A stretch of DNA of 64,000 bases from an archaeon. GTDB lineage: Archaea; Nanobdellota; Nanobdellia; Woesearchaeales; GW2011-AR15. How positions within the stretch are numbered: the first letter of the stretch is position 1; each line of letters starts with the position of its first letter. The notes beneath the pieces are model-generated. The model saw only the letters and a list, made by a program, of their open reading frames with translations, had not been told where the DNA came from and made no database searches. This document shows, in pieces, positions 1 to 8,099 of this stretch. Location: positions 6,255 to 70,254 of the forward strand of contig JBDRQT010000005.1 in the NCBI GenBank assembly GCA_043826135.1, read 5' to 3'. A program made the position numbers and the translations under genes.

Positions 1-120
1 TTCTTAAGTAAAATCATCGGCACCTATATTAAGGATGAAAAGGGGAAAAAGCATGTTGTATGCTTTGAATGTCAGAAGAAATTCAAGAATAAAGAAGAAT
101 TGCTCAAAAATAAGAAATAA
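1..120 (+). CDS. 3' end of an ORF entering from upstream (partial), unknown function
   Basis: Frame 1 is open from base 1 to TAA at 118-120 (...VVCFECQKKFKNKEELLKNKK*). No family recognised. The start lies outside the window. Confidence 0.3.
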   Translation, partial: FLSKIIGTYIKDEKGKKHVVCFECQKKFKNKEELLKNKK

Positions 121-155
121 TTATTTATATAGTTTCTTGATTTACCATTAACTAC

Positions 156-174
156 CGCCCTCATAGCTCAGTTG
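156..174 (+). repeat. 19-nt duplicate of the 5' end of the downstream tRNA-Thr (tRNA fragment)
   Basis: cgccctcatagctcagttg is identical to 245-263 (5' acceptor strand, D-stem, start of D-loop). Two hairpins follow (183-188/196-201 with a 7-nt loop; 215-223/229-237). There is no T-arm or 3' acceptor strand. Confidence 0.8.
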
Positions 175-245
175 ATAACGCGCAACTGCCGCTGTCAGTT
201 GACACCAGGGCTAAGCACTATTGCTTCGCAACAGTGCGAACATTC

Positions 246-318
246 GCCCTCATAGCTCAGTTGGTAGAGCGACGGTTTCGTAAACCGTAGGTCGGGGGTT
301 CGACTCCCCTTGAGGGCT
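246..318 (+). tRNA. tRNA-Thr: tRNA-Thr, anticodon CGU
   Basis: Hand-folded cloverleaf: acceptor GCCCTCA/TGAGGGC; D-arm GCTC-AGTTGGTA-GAGC; anticodon arm ACGGT-TTCGTAA-ACCGT (anticodon CGT); variable loop AGGTC; T-arm GGGGG-TTCGACT-CCCCT; discriminator T. No intron. CCA is not encoded. Confidence 0.9.
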
Positions 319-378
319 TAACATTCTTTGAAATATTTGTTAATATAATAACATAGAGTTAACCAATTAATAAATAGA

Positions 379-389
379 TTTTTATATTT
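379..389 (+). promoter_or_regulatory. box A / TATA-like element for the 409 gene
   Basis: TTTTTATATTT is centred about 25 nt upstream of ATG 409. The same motif and spacing recur at 1096-1106, 1681-1690, 7215-7228, 14088-14098, 25565-25577 and 45977-45984 (minus strand). Confidence 0.5.
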
Positions 390-408
390 CTACTGCATAA
401 CATGCAGG

Positions 409-984
409 ATGCTAGTTAGAAAAATCCCGATGATTAGGATCAGGGAGCAGTACAAGAAACTAAGAATTGACCGAAAGTGGATTGTGCTTGGTTTAATTCT
501 GGCACTACTGTCTTTCTTCGTTAAAATCTGGCCAATAATATTCCTGTCAGCATTTTGCGTGGTTAATGCGATTCTATTGTCAATTGACAGGTATATCAAT
601 GCGCCGCTTGATTTAGAGTTCTCAACATTTTCAGCGGTCCTTATGACAAAAGCATTTGGCCTGAACTGGGGAATACTTGTTGCAGTGATGACTAAAATTG
701 CAGCAATCTTATATAATAAAAATGTAAGAGTTGATCATTTTTTTATGATTGGAGGATACGTGATAGCTGCTCTTATTGCAAATATTCTTCCAGGAAGTGT
801 TGTGGTTATAGGAGTTCTTGCGACAATTGTTGTGAATATATACACAGTGTTCATATCAAGGTATGTTACCGGCCTCTCAAACTATGAGATCATGACGTAT
901 GGTGCATCCAATACTATCTTTAATATCGTATTGTTTATTGGCTTTTCAGAATTCTTTTATGCAGTCATGATTATTCTTAGATAG
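409..984 (+). CDS. multi-pass membrane protein, unknown family (tandem paralog 1)
   Basis: 191-aa ORF with about 5 hydrophobic helices. Clearly homologous along its whole length to the next ORF (shared KKLxxxxKW, WPIxF, PxDxExST, NIY, NxIFNIVLFIGFSE). TATA at the leaderless distance. Confidence 0.75.
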   Translation: MLVRKIPMIRIREQYKKLRIDRKWIVLGLILALLSFFVKIWPIIFLSAFCVVNAILLSIDRYINAPLDLEFSTFSAVLMTKAFGLNWGILVAVMTKIAAILYNKNVRVDHFFMIGGYVIAALIANILPGSVVVIGVLATIVVNIYTVFISRYVTGLSNYEIMTYGASNTIFNIVLFIGFSEFFYAVMIILR

Positions 985-1125
985 ACTTCTTTGATTTATT
1001 TAATTCAAATTTCTAAGACTATCAAGTTAAATGGATAATTTCCAAGGATTGATTCTTGGTCAAATACTATAATTTCAGCGAAAGCAAGTAAATAATTTTT
1101 TATATTGATAATTAATAACAATGGT

Positions 1126-1680
1126 GTGGATAAGGATAAGAACAAAACAAGGTATGAAAAACTTAAATTAAGCAAGAAATGGATATTCATCGGGCTGAGC
1201 ATATGGATAGTTTCTTTTTTTGTAGACATCTGGCCGATTGTATTCATAACTATCTTTACAGTTGCAAATACTGCTATGCTTTCATTCAAGAAGTATTTTG
1301 ATCCACCTATAGATATTGAGCTATCTACTATGGCAGCTGTATTAATAACAATAAAATACGGGCTTGTCTACGGGCTGATAGCCGCATTCTTCACAAAATT
1401 TATCCAGATGATGTACATAAAAAAAATCAAGATGGCCTATTTTTTTATGATGTCTTCCTACATGGTCGCAGCACTGTTCGCTAATTTTTTTTCAGGCTTT
1501 GGAGTTGTCAACCTGGGAATAATTGTTAGTGTGATATCAAATATTTATTTGGCATTTGTCAGGAAATTCCTTCTCGGATATTCTCCTATAGAAATAATGG
1601 GTTATGGGATAACAAATATAATATTCAACATCGTGCTTTTCATAGGATTCTCAGAGATGTTTCTTTTTATTATGATATGA
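1126..1680 (+). CDS. multi-pass membrane protein, unknown family (tandem paralog 2)
   Basis: Paralog of 409..984. The ORF-track TTG start at 1105 lies inside the TATA element (1096-1106). The in-frame GTG at 1126 sits about 24 nt downstream of the TATA, so it is preferred. Confidence 0.7.
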   Translation: MDKDKNKTRYEKLKLSKKWIFIGLSIWIVSFFVDIWPIVFITIFTVANTAMLSFKKYFDPPIDIELSTMAAVLITIKYGLVYGLIAAFFTKFIQMMYIKKIKMAYFFMMSSYMVAALFANFFSGFGVVNLGIIVSVISNIYLAFVRKFLLGYSPIEIMGYGITNIIFNIVLFIGFSEMFLFIMI

Positions 1681-1710
1681 TTTTTATATACATATTAGAA
1701 TCCAGTGTAT

Positions 1711-2295
1711 ATGAGCCATTATTTTTCTGAAAAACAGGACTCTCGGTTGAAGATAGATAAGATTACTGTAAAAATAAAGTATATCTCATTTGAACTTTTT
1801 TCATCAGGAGGAGTATTTTCTAAAGATGCCCTTGACACAGGTAGCAGGCTTCTTATTGAAAACTGTGAGATCGGAAAAAAAGTCCTGGACATGGGCTGCG
1901 GCATCGGGGTAGTCGGAATTGCAATAAAAAAACTTAATCCGGAAATCACACTCACAATGGCAGATATAAATGAAAGGGCAGTGATGCTCACAAAAAAGAA
2001 TTGCAGGCTTCATAATATTGATGCAAATGTCGTCAAGAGCGATGCATATTCAGGAATCAAAGAGAATTTTGATACAATCCTTTCAAATCCTCCGCAGGCT
2101 GCGGGAAAAGAAGTCTGCTTCAAGATTATAGAAGGATCGTTGCTTCATCTAGAGAAAGGGGGGACCCTGCAGATAGTCGCCAGGCACAATAAAGGAGGAG
2201 CATCGCTTGAGAAAAAAATGATGGAAGTGTTTGGCAATGTTTCCCAGATTAAGAAAGGATCAGGGTTTAGGATTTATCTTTCTAGAGCTCTTTGA
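1711..2295 (+). CDS. class I SAM-dependent methyltransferase, RsmC/RsmD-like small-MTase domain
   Basis: Motif I VLDMGCGIGVVG and motif IV ILSNPPQAAG (NPPxxxG), typical of the m2G rRNA/N-methylase 'MTS' domain. TATA at 1681-1690 favours ATG 1711 over GTG 1705. Confidence 0.8.
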   Translation: MSHYFSEKQDSRLKIDKITVKIKYISFELFSSGGVFSKDALDTGSRLLIENCEIGKKVLDMGCGIGVVGIAIKKLNPEITLTMADINERAVMLTKKNCRLHNIDANVVKSDAYSGIKENFDTILSNPPQAAGKEVCFKIIEGSLLHLEKGGTLQIVARHNKGGASLEKKMMEVFGNVSQIKKGSGFRIYLSRAL

Positions 2296-2638
2296 CTGCA
2301 TCATTTGCAATTGTTATCAGTCTTATCCCAAGCCCGAGTTTGAGCAGTGCTGAAAGAGTAGCCATATGCTCTTTTCCTGTTCCGGAAGACATGTTCAGAG
2401 CCACTTCAGTATCCATAATCTTTTGCGTGAGGCCTTTTTTAATTGAATCAATTATCTCTTCTACAGATGAGTCTGGGTTGATGACAATGAATTCCGTATT
2501 CTCAAGTTTTGTAAATGTTCCTGCACCAAATTCATTTGTTATAAGATATACCTTTTCCCAGTCATGGGCTCTGATTATCTTTGCCACTTCTGCCCAGGTG
2601 CCTTTGCCGGTTGATAGAAGCGCCACTAGTGTTGCCAT
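2282..2638 (-). CDS. small alpha/beta (Rossmann-like) protein, unknown function
   Basis: 118-aa ORF with ordinary K/E-rich composition, whereas the antisense ORF is Ser-rich low complexity. The pattern LVALLSTGKG...VYLI...SSGTGKEHMA is faintly reminiscent of CARF/DUF1887-type GGTKxM domains. This is not established. Confidence 0.5.
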   Translation of the reverse strand: MATLVALLSTGKGTWAEVAKIIRAHDWEKVYLITNEFGAGTFTKLENTEFIVINPDSSVEEIIDSIKKGLTQKIMDTEVALNMSSGTGKEHMATLSALLKLGLGIRLITIANDAVKEL

Positions 2639-2664
2639 ATTATCCTAAGAAAATCCTTTGGTTT

Positions 2665-3138
2665 TTAAAGCTTACATATGTCCAGCGTAACAACTATTGT
2701 TCCTGTTGTTGTCGGAATGAAAAATAGTCCTGATGAAACTTTTTCATCAAACCTGGAGCAGTTCTGGGACAGATCAAGAAGCCTGACATCGGCGCTGTCA
2801 GCATATATCCTATATGGCCTTCCCCATTTTTCCAGAGTCCCTTTTAGTATATCTTTTATCTTATCAGCGGCATGCACACATGAATCAGTCTCGCATATGT
2901 CATTTCTGCCATAGCAGTCTTCTATCACTCTGTACATCTCTGTATTGCAGTCGGTCGTTGACTCCATTATTGAATTAAGAAGACTTTGTGAAAGGTGAGA
3001 GTCTATCAGATCCTGCTTATTGTTAACAGTATTATCTTTTTGCTGCATCGCGACATATAGCATGGCGATTGCAAGTATTATTACAATAAATACTATTCCA
3101 ATTGCATCCCACTGCGCTTTAGTTGTAGATTTCAACAT
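2665..3138 (-). CDS. prepilin-like secreted Cys-containing protein (cassette copy A, member 3)
   Basis: N-terminus TTKAQ/WDAIGIVFIVIILAIAML (basic-Ala-Gln followed by a hydrophobic helix). Paralog of 46207..46680 (shared SQSxLNSxM, DCxxxRNDxCxxTxxC, KWxxPYR, LDxCK). Confidence 0.7.
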   Translation of the reverse strand: MLKSTTKAQWDAIGIVFIVIILAIAMLYVAMQQKDNTVNNKQDLIDSHLSQSLLNSIMESTTDCNTEMYRVIEDCYGRNDICETDSCVHAADKIKDILKGTLEKWGRPYRIYADSADVRLLDLSQNCSRFDEKVSSGLFFIPTTTGTIVVTLDICKL

Positions 3139-3646
3139 AAATTATCCCCACAGTTTTTATATAAGTGTCAGGCTCGGTGAGTGCTACAGGTATCTGGAAT
3201 TCTCTCTTTGCGACATAATCTTCTGGTGAATAATCAAGGATAGTCGTATCTGTCCAGCCATTAAAATAATCATATTCACTCAGCACTATTTTAGTGTTTT
3301 GCAAGAGCGAACTGTAAGTTAGAGTGTTATCATCAATTATTTTCTTGAAAGACATCAGCGCAAGCTTGTCATAATGGTCAGCAACTATAACATTATCAGC
3401 GCTGAACTGGACTTCCGGCAGGAGCGCAATATTTTTTGACTTCTTCATCTGCGAAATGATAAGTATCTGATCCAGTTTTTTTTGTGAGGATGATTTCTGC
3501 TGAGCGATGAAAAATATTGCTCCGACAGAAAACAGGAACAAAACAATCATTAGGACGATTGCCGACTGCATTATCTCAAGCTGTGATTTTTTTTGAAATC
3601 TTCGGGTTCTAAAGTGCTCAAAAATTTTTATTTTTTGACATTTCAT
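3119..3646 (-). CDS. prepilin-like protein with long conserved leader (cassette copy A, member 2)
   Basis: MKCQKIKIFEHFRTRRFQKKSQ/LEIMQSAIVLMIVLF. Paralog of 46677..47222, which has a nearly identical leader. Its start is 1 nt after the stop of the upstream gene. Confidence 0.7.
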   Translation of the reverse strand: MKCQKIKIFEHFRTRRFQKKSQLEIMQSAIVLMIVLFLFSVGAIFFIAQQKSSSQKKLDQILIISQMKKSKNIALLPEVQFSADNVIVADHYDKLALMSFKKIIDDNTLTYSSLLQNTKIVLSEYDYFNGWTDTTILDYSPEDYVAKREFQIPVALTEPDTYIKTVGIIYVEIYN

Positions 3647-3647
3647 T

Positions 3648-4667
3648 TTAGTAGATTAGTGGGCATGAGAGCCTCTGCAATAATATATTTTCGTTTTTGA
3701 TAAGTTTTGACTGGTCATACACAGCTTTCAGTGTATTCTGGTCAACCTCAGCTTTTCCTGCAAGTGTTGCAAGGTCATTTAAAACAACCATTGATCTTTC
3801 ATAAGGGCAATTCTTATACCTGTCATCATTTGAAAATACACGTATCTTGTCTTTTTTCAGGGTTGCCATGATGCCAAGCTTTGCAAGCGCTTTTTTCAGG
3901 TTGCATTCATATCTTGCGTTGTCTTCTGAATAAATAACACCTAGAAGTGTTGCCTTGTCAAAATAATAAACCTGTCCATCTGCAACGAAATTGTTTCCTT
4001 TTTTGTAGTGGAACGTCACTCTGCCGAAACTGTTCGGAAAACTTTCAGCATCATCAATAACTTCAATCTTTATGGCAGATACATCCTTGTCTGACACATG
4101 CGGGAATTCACCAAGTATATTTATAGCAGGCAAGTAATCAAAAGTTATATACCTTATCTTATATACTTTTTCATCACTATAATCAGTCGGATGGTTTGTT
4201 ATCTCCTTATTGAGATTGTCCGGCACATTTTCATATAATTTTTGTGATAGTGGAGATTCAAGGAATGTATATTTTACCCTAGGGCTGGTGATATATGAAA
4301 AGAATTCAGCATCAAACGGCATATACCAATATAGGCTGTAACCGAGAATGTTATTCTTGATTTTATCAGGAGAGAACAGGACATTGTCAGTGAGCGGAAT
4401 TGAGGAGGATTCAGTGCTCCTAACTGTCAGTGTGTCGCATTCAAATAGGACATCAACATTAGGTAGATTCACTTCAGATTCTGCATCGTTGTTCATCTGA
4501 ATATTTTTTAAGATGTTATCAACATATGCTTTTACATCTGTAAGAAGATCGAATTCAGCGCTCCTTTTTATGCTGCTTATGAGCCCACCCGCAGAAATTA
4601 TGATAACAATACCTATCAATGTCACATATATCCAATTAAGATGAAACCCAAATTCCCCTTTTTTCAC
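3648..4667 (-). CDS. prepilin-like protein (cassette copy A, member 1)
   Basis: KKGEFGFHLNWIYVTLIGIVIII. Paralog of 47224..48234 (shared NWIY, SYSLxWxMPF, RYECNxKK, SCPxxY). GTG 4667 lies about 25-35 nt downstream of a TATA-like AAAATTAATATA; the ORF-track TTG at 4679 is the alternative start. Confidence 0.7.
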   Translation of the reverse strand: MKKGEFGFHLNWIYVTLIGIVIIISAGGLISSIKRSAEFDLLTDVKAYVDNILKNIQMNNDAESEVNLPNVDVLFECDTLTVRSTESSSIPLTDNVLFSPDKIKNNILGYSLYWYMPFDAEFFSYITSPRVKYTFLESPLSQKLYENVPDNLNKEITNHPTDYSDEKVYKIRYITFDYLPAINILGEFPHVSDKDVSAIKIEVIDDAESFPNSFGRVTFHYKKGNNFVADGQVYYFDKATLLGVIYSEDNARYECNLKKALAKLGIMATLKKDKIRVFSNDDRYKNCPYERSMVVLNDLATLAGKAEVDQNTLKAVYDQSKLIKNENILLQRLSCPLIY

Positions 4668-4908
4668 ATTAATATTCAATGCTAAGCAGTATATTAATTT
4701 TTCTTAGTTGAGTGATTTGAGTAATGTTGATTTATGAAATAATACTTGATAATATTCCAAAGAGAAGTCTGAAGAAGTACTCAACTTTTTTAATTTCTAA
4801 AATAAACAATCGCTTCTGTTTATAGATTCTGTAATTATCGCTTAAAAGAATCCTGCCGTAAGGATAACTCTAGTAAATTTAATAAACCTTAAACAGATAT
4901 CTGTTTGC

Positions 4909-6744
4909 ATGAAGTCACAGGTCACTGTATTTATCATACTTGCTATGACAATAATTGTCGTATCTACAATATTTATTACGTCCTCAAACAAGAAGCAGCT
5001 TGATATTCTTAAGCAATCAGATGATGTCAACCTTAAGCAAATCACACCTGTAAAGATTTATATTGAGGCGGCAATGCAGAACCTTCTTCTCGAAGGATAT
5101 TTCCTCATTGGTGAGCAGGGAGGAAAAATATATACATCCACTTGGCCGGACTGTCTGGAGATTAATGACACATGGAGACAGGAATATCGGATGTGCAACC
5201 AAAACGGGACCTTCCTTTACGGTTATCCTGACAATTATCCAAAATACCTGAAACAATCGCCTTATATATTTAAGAGGATAAATGTGGGCATTAATTCTTC
5301 AAGAGGGGACCCAGGCTTCGGAAGAATAACGACGTCAAGTTTTGAGCAACTGGAGCAGCCATTTGCTTATCCCCATATCGGAAAAACCAGGGGAAAGGAT
5401 TACATATATGGGTTCCAGCAGCCGCTTCCGCCGATCACATCAACTGCAGGAGAGATATCTATTGAGTCGCAGCTTGCGCTATGGATGGAAAACCATATGA
5501 TTGAGATGCTCAATTTCACAGAATTCGAGAAAAGAGGGTTTGATATTATTATGCAGTCAGGTAAGCCGAGTGTGGATGTTGAAATAAATGAAAAATTCAT
5601 GACAGCCCACATGAATTACACTGTCAGAGTAAAGAAAGCTGACATTGATTACACAATCAAGGAATTCTATACGCAGATACATTCTGATTTCAGGAGGACA
5701 TATAATTATATCAACTGGGTGATAAGAGAGGATATCTCGACAAAATCGCATATATTGAGGCAGAAGCTCTTCAACGAGACAGGCCAGAGGATTGGTGGGA
5801 TTGGTGTAATTGAATCAAACCCAAAAAATTTCCAGTATGATGTTGTCAATGTCACGATTTGGAGCATCGATTACAGGAAAACATACAATATGGAAGACCC
5901 GAATTACCATTTCTATTTCATCAGGGAGAACAGGGCATCGGATGCAGGGACAGTGAAGATTGTGCCTGCATATTTTTATCCAGGAGATACAGCAACATGG
6001 TTCTGTTTCAATATGAAGACGGCTGAATCTCCATTTGATCCTGATGAAGATGATGACTGGTCACAGGACCCTTTCCCATGGACAAACCCGCCATGGTATG
6101 TGTGGTATAGCAGGGGGGATCAACTAGTTACGAAACATATACCAACTGAGGAATGTAATGGAATATCAGGTGGACCAGTGACAACCAATAAAGTACTTGT
6201 TCCCATTAGAGATTATCATATTGATCCACATAGCACAAGATGGGGAGCTTCCTTCATGGATATTTTGCCAAATTGTGGTAATGCAGATGATGATGTTAGC
6301 ACTACTGCTACTAATGATGATGTCGGAGATTTGATTATTTTGATAACACAAGATCAGCAGACTTTTTCTCCAGGTGGTGAGGTATTGGCACCTTCAAGAT
6401 ATCCAGATCCACCAATATTAGAGGACGGAAGAGGTAGATTGAATGATGCGATAAGCTATAGACCTGTAAAATGCAATCCAGGTGATGGAGATCCAGGATG
6501 TTGTGTTGGAGGTTATTGGAATTTTGATAAGAGACCAGTACCTGAGTCTTTAGGTCTAATTGGTGAATTATGCACTAGCGCGTGTACATGGGAAGATGGA
6601 CCTAGATGTAAAAAAAATTGCAAATGCAGCCATTATGAAACATTTTACTATTTATGTGATCATACAGGACACTACACATGGGATGATAAAACAGAAAATC
6701 CTCGAGATGATCCATGTCCTACAGCTCCTTGTTATCCTCCTTAA
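4909..6744 (+). CDS. membrane-anchored/prepilin-like large surface protein with Cys-rich C-terminus
   Basis: N-terminus MKSQ/VTVFIILAMTIIVV. The N-terminal roughly 250 aa resemble the N-terminus of the 1372-aa protein at 41833..45951 (VKIYIEA.. vs LKIYVEGC..; a later FxxFxxxGxxI...VxIxE block). The last roughly 130 aa contain many Cys. Confidence 0.75.
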   Translation: MKSQVTVFIILAMTIIVVSTIFITSSNKKQLDILKQSDDVNLKQITPVKIYIEAAMQNLLLEGYFLIGEQGGKIYTSTWPDCLEINDTWRQEYRMCNQNGTFLYGYPDNYPKYLKQSPYIFKRINVGINSSRGDPGFGRITTSSFEQLEQPFAYPHIGKTRGKDYIYGFQQPLPPITSTAGEISIESQLALWMENHMIEMLNFTEFEKRGFDIIMQSGKPSVDVEINEKFMTAHMNYTVRVKKADIDYTIKEFYTQIHSDFRRTYNYINWVIREDISTKSHILRQKLFNETGQRIGGIGVIESNPKNFQYDVVNVTIWSIDYRKTYNMEDPNYHFYFIRENRASDAGTVKIVPAYFYPGDTATWFCFNMKTAESPFDPDEDDDWSQDPFPWTNPPWYVWYSRGDQLVTKHIPTEECNGISGGPVTTNKVLVPIRDYHIDPHSTRWGASFMDILPNCGNADDDVSTTATNDDVGDLIILITQDQQTFSPGGEVLAPSRYPDPPILEDGRGRLNDAISYRPVKCNPGDGDPGCCVGGYWNFDKRPVPESLGLIGELCTSACTWEDGPRCKKNCKCSHYETFYYLCDHTGHYTWDDKTENPRDDPCPTAPCYPP

Positions 6745-6748
6745 AAAA

Positions 6749-7141
6749 ATGAAAAAAACTATCCTCTTCATCACATCGGCAATTCTTCTAGCTTCAGTCA
6801 TATTCATTTTTGCGGGAAATCAAGATATTATTGGACCTGTCCAGCCTGCTTGCTGCGCATCCGAAGACGGTTTTTGCAGGGATATAGGAAAACCAGTTGG
6901 TCAGGCAGGTTGCGGATTGGAGCATGAAAAATGGACTTTTATTTCGGATGAGGATTTCTGCAACCAGTTTGATGAGTGCTATGCAGGAGAATGCAGCATC
7001 AGGGGCCACGCACTTCCTGGAGATAGGGAGTATTATGAATGTGTTGCAACCTGCAAGGATACAGGCGAATGCAAGTGCACAGGAGATCTCAAGACTTGTT
7101 TGGGTGAATTTTCCTGGATTGTGCTTCCAAGGACTTATTAG
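6749..7141 (+). CDS. small secreted Cys-rich protein
   Basis: MKKTILFITSAILLASVIFIFAG signal/anchor followed by a domain with about 14 Cys. The ORF-track start at 6560 overlaps the previous gene and was trimmed to ATG 6749. Confidence 0.6.
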   Translation: MKKTILFITSAILLASVIFIFAGNQDIIGPVQPACCASEDGFCRDIGKPVGQAGCGLEHEKWTFISDEDFCNQFDECYAGECSIRGHALPGDREYYECVATCKDTGECKCTGDLKTCLGEFSWIVLPRTY

Positions 7142-7167
7142 ATCCTGCCTGATCTATTGTATTCATC
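7142..7167. repeat. left copy of a 26-nt direct repeat flanking the Bro-N cassette (degenerate duplicate of the rhomboid 3' end)
   Basis: ATCCTGCCTGATCTatTGTATTCATC matches 8104-8129 at 24/26 positions. On the minus strand it reads ...SHSESNNMDEYNRSGRI*, mirroring the real rhomboid C-terminus ...SHLSPDDADEYMRSGRI*. Confidence 0.85.
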
Positions 7168-7246
7168 CATATTGTTTGATTCCGAATGTGAGCCACTGGA
7201 CAATCTAGCGTGAGATATTTAAATAAAAGCACCTTATTATCTTTTT

Positions 7247-8098
7247 ATGACAGAAAATAAAGGTCTTGTTGTATTTCAAGATAAGCGTATAAGAAGACAA
7301 TGGTATAATGAGAGGTGGTATTTTTCTATTGTTGATATTATTGGAGTACTGACCGATAGTTCTGTCCCAAAAAGATATTGGTCTGATTTGAAATCTAAAC
7401 TTGAAGACGAAGGATTTGAAGCGTACGATAAAATCGTACCTTTGAAATTGTTTGCAGAAGACGAAAAATTAAGATTTACCGATTGCACAGATACAAAAAC
7501 AATCTTTCGACTGATTCAAACCATCCCCTCACCAAAGGCAGAACCATTCAAGCTGTGGCTAGCGCAGGTTGGATATGAGCGTGTCCAGGAGATTGAAAAC
7601 CCGGAGCTTGCACAGGATAGGGTCAAAAGCTATTACGAGCAAAAAGGATATCCCAAAGACTGGATAGACAAAAGGCTGCGTGGCATCGCAATAAGGCAGG
7701 AACTGACAGATGAGTGGAAACAAAGAGATGTAAATGAAGACAAAGAATTCGCAATCCTCACAAACGAGATAAGCAAAGCCACTTTCGGAAAGACAGTACA
7801 GGAGTATAAGCGTTTCAAGAATTTGGATATAAAAAATCAGAATTTGAGAGACCACATGACTGACTGGGAATTGATCTTTAATATGCTCTGAGAAAAAGCA
7901 ACGACAGATATTACAAAGGCAAGAGATTCCAAAGGTTTCGATGAATGCAAGTCTTCAGCAAAGCGAGGAGGAGAGATTGCTTTTAATGCAAGAAATGAGC
8001 TTGAAAAAGAGACTGGAAAATCGATTGTAACAGGTAAAAATTTTCTAGGGCACTTAGGTAAGAAAAAGATAGGTAAAAAGCCAAAATCAGATGATTAG
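7247..8098 (+). pseudogene. Bro-N / DinD-like (phage antirepressor-type) gene interrupted by an in-frame TGA at 7889-7891
   Basis: The N-terminal Bro-N-like block (FQDKRIRRQWYNERWYFSIVDIIGVL) and the conserved middle (PFKLWLAQVGYERVQEIENPELA, KDWIDKRLRG) are present. After ...LIFNML* the same frame stays open for 68 more codons (EKATTDITKARDSKGFDECKSSAKRGGEIAFNARNELEKETGKSIV...), as expected for full-length family members. TATA at 7215-7228. Confidence 0.65.
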
Positions 8099-8099
8099 T

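Noticed and set aside
157-245. A complete second tRNA gene upstream of tRNA-Thr
   Set aside because: Only the 5' acceptor strand, a mismatched D-arm and an anticodon-arm-like hairpin with C33 can be drawn. There is no T-arm or 3' acceptor strand, so it is reported only as a fragment or repeat.
2292-2648. 118-aa plus-strand ORF mirroring the minus-strand ORF 2282..2638
   Set aside because: Ser/Pro-rich low-complexity translation with no start context. The minus-strand frame has normal protein composition, so this is treated as an antisense shadow ORF.
6560-6748. N-terminal extension of the small Cys-rich protein ORF (ORF-track start 6560)
   Set aside because: It would overlap the 611-aa gene by 185 nt. 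The internal ATG 6749 gives a classic signal peptide (MKKTILFITSAILLASV) right after the upstream stop.
7889-7891. TGA recoded as a sense codon (Gly-type alternative code or selenocysteine)
   Set aside because: TGA terminates several well-delimited genes here (1126..1680, which ends level with its TAG-terminated paralog; 1711..2295; 10640..13942; 14122..14280). No SECIS-like hairpin was noted downstream. Nonsense mutation or sequencing error is more parsimonious.
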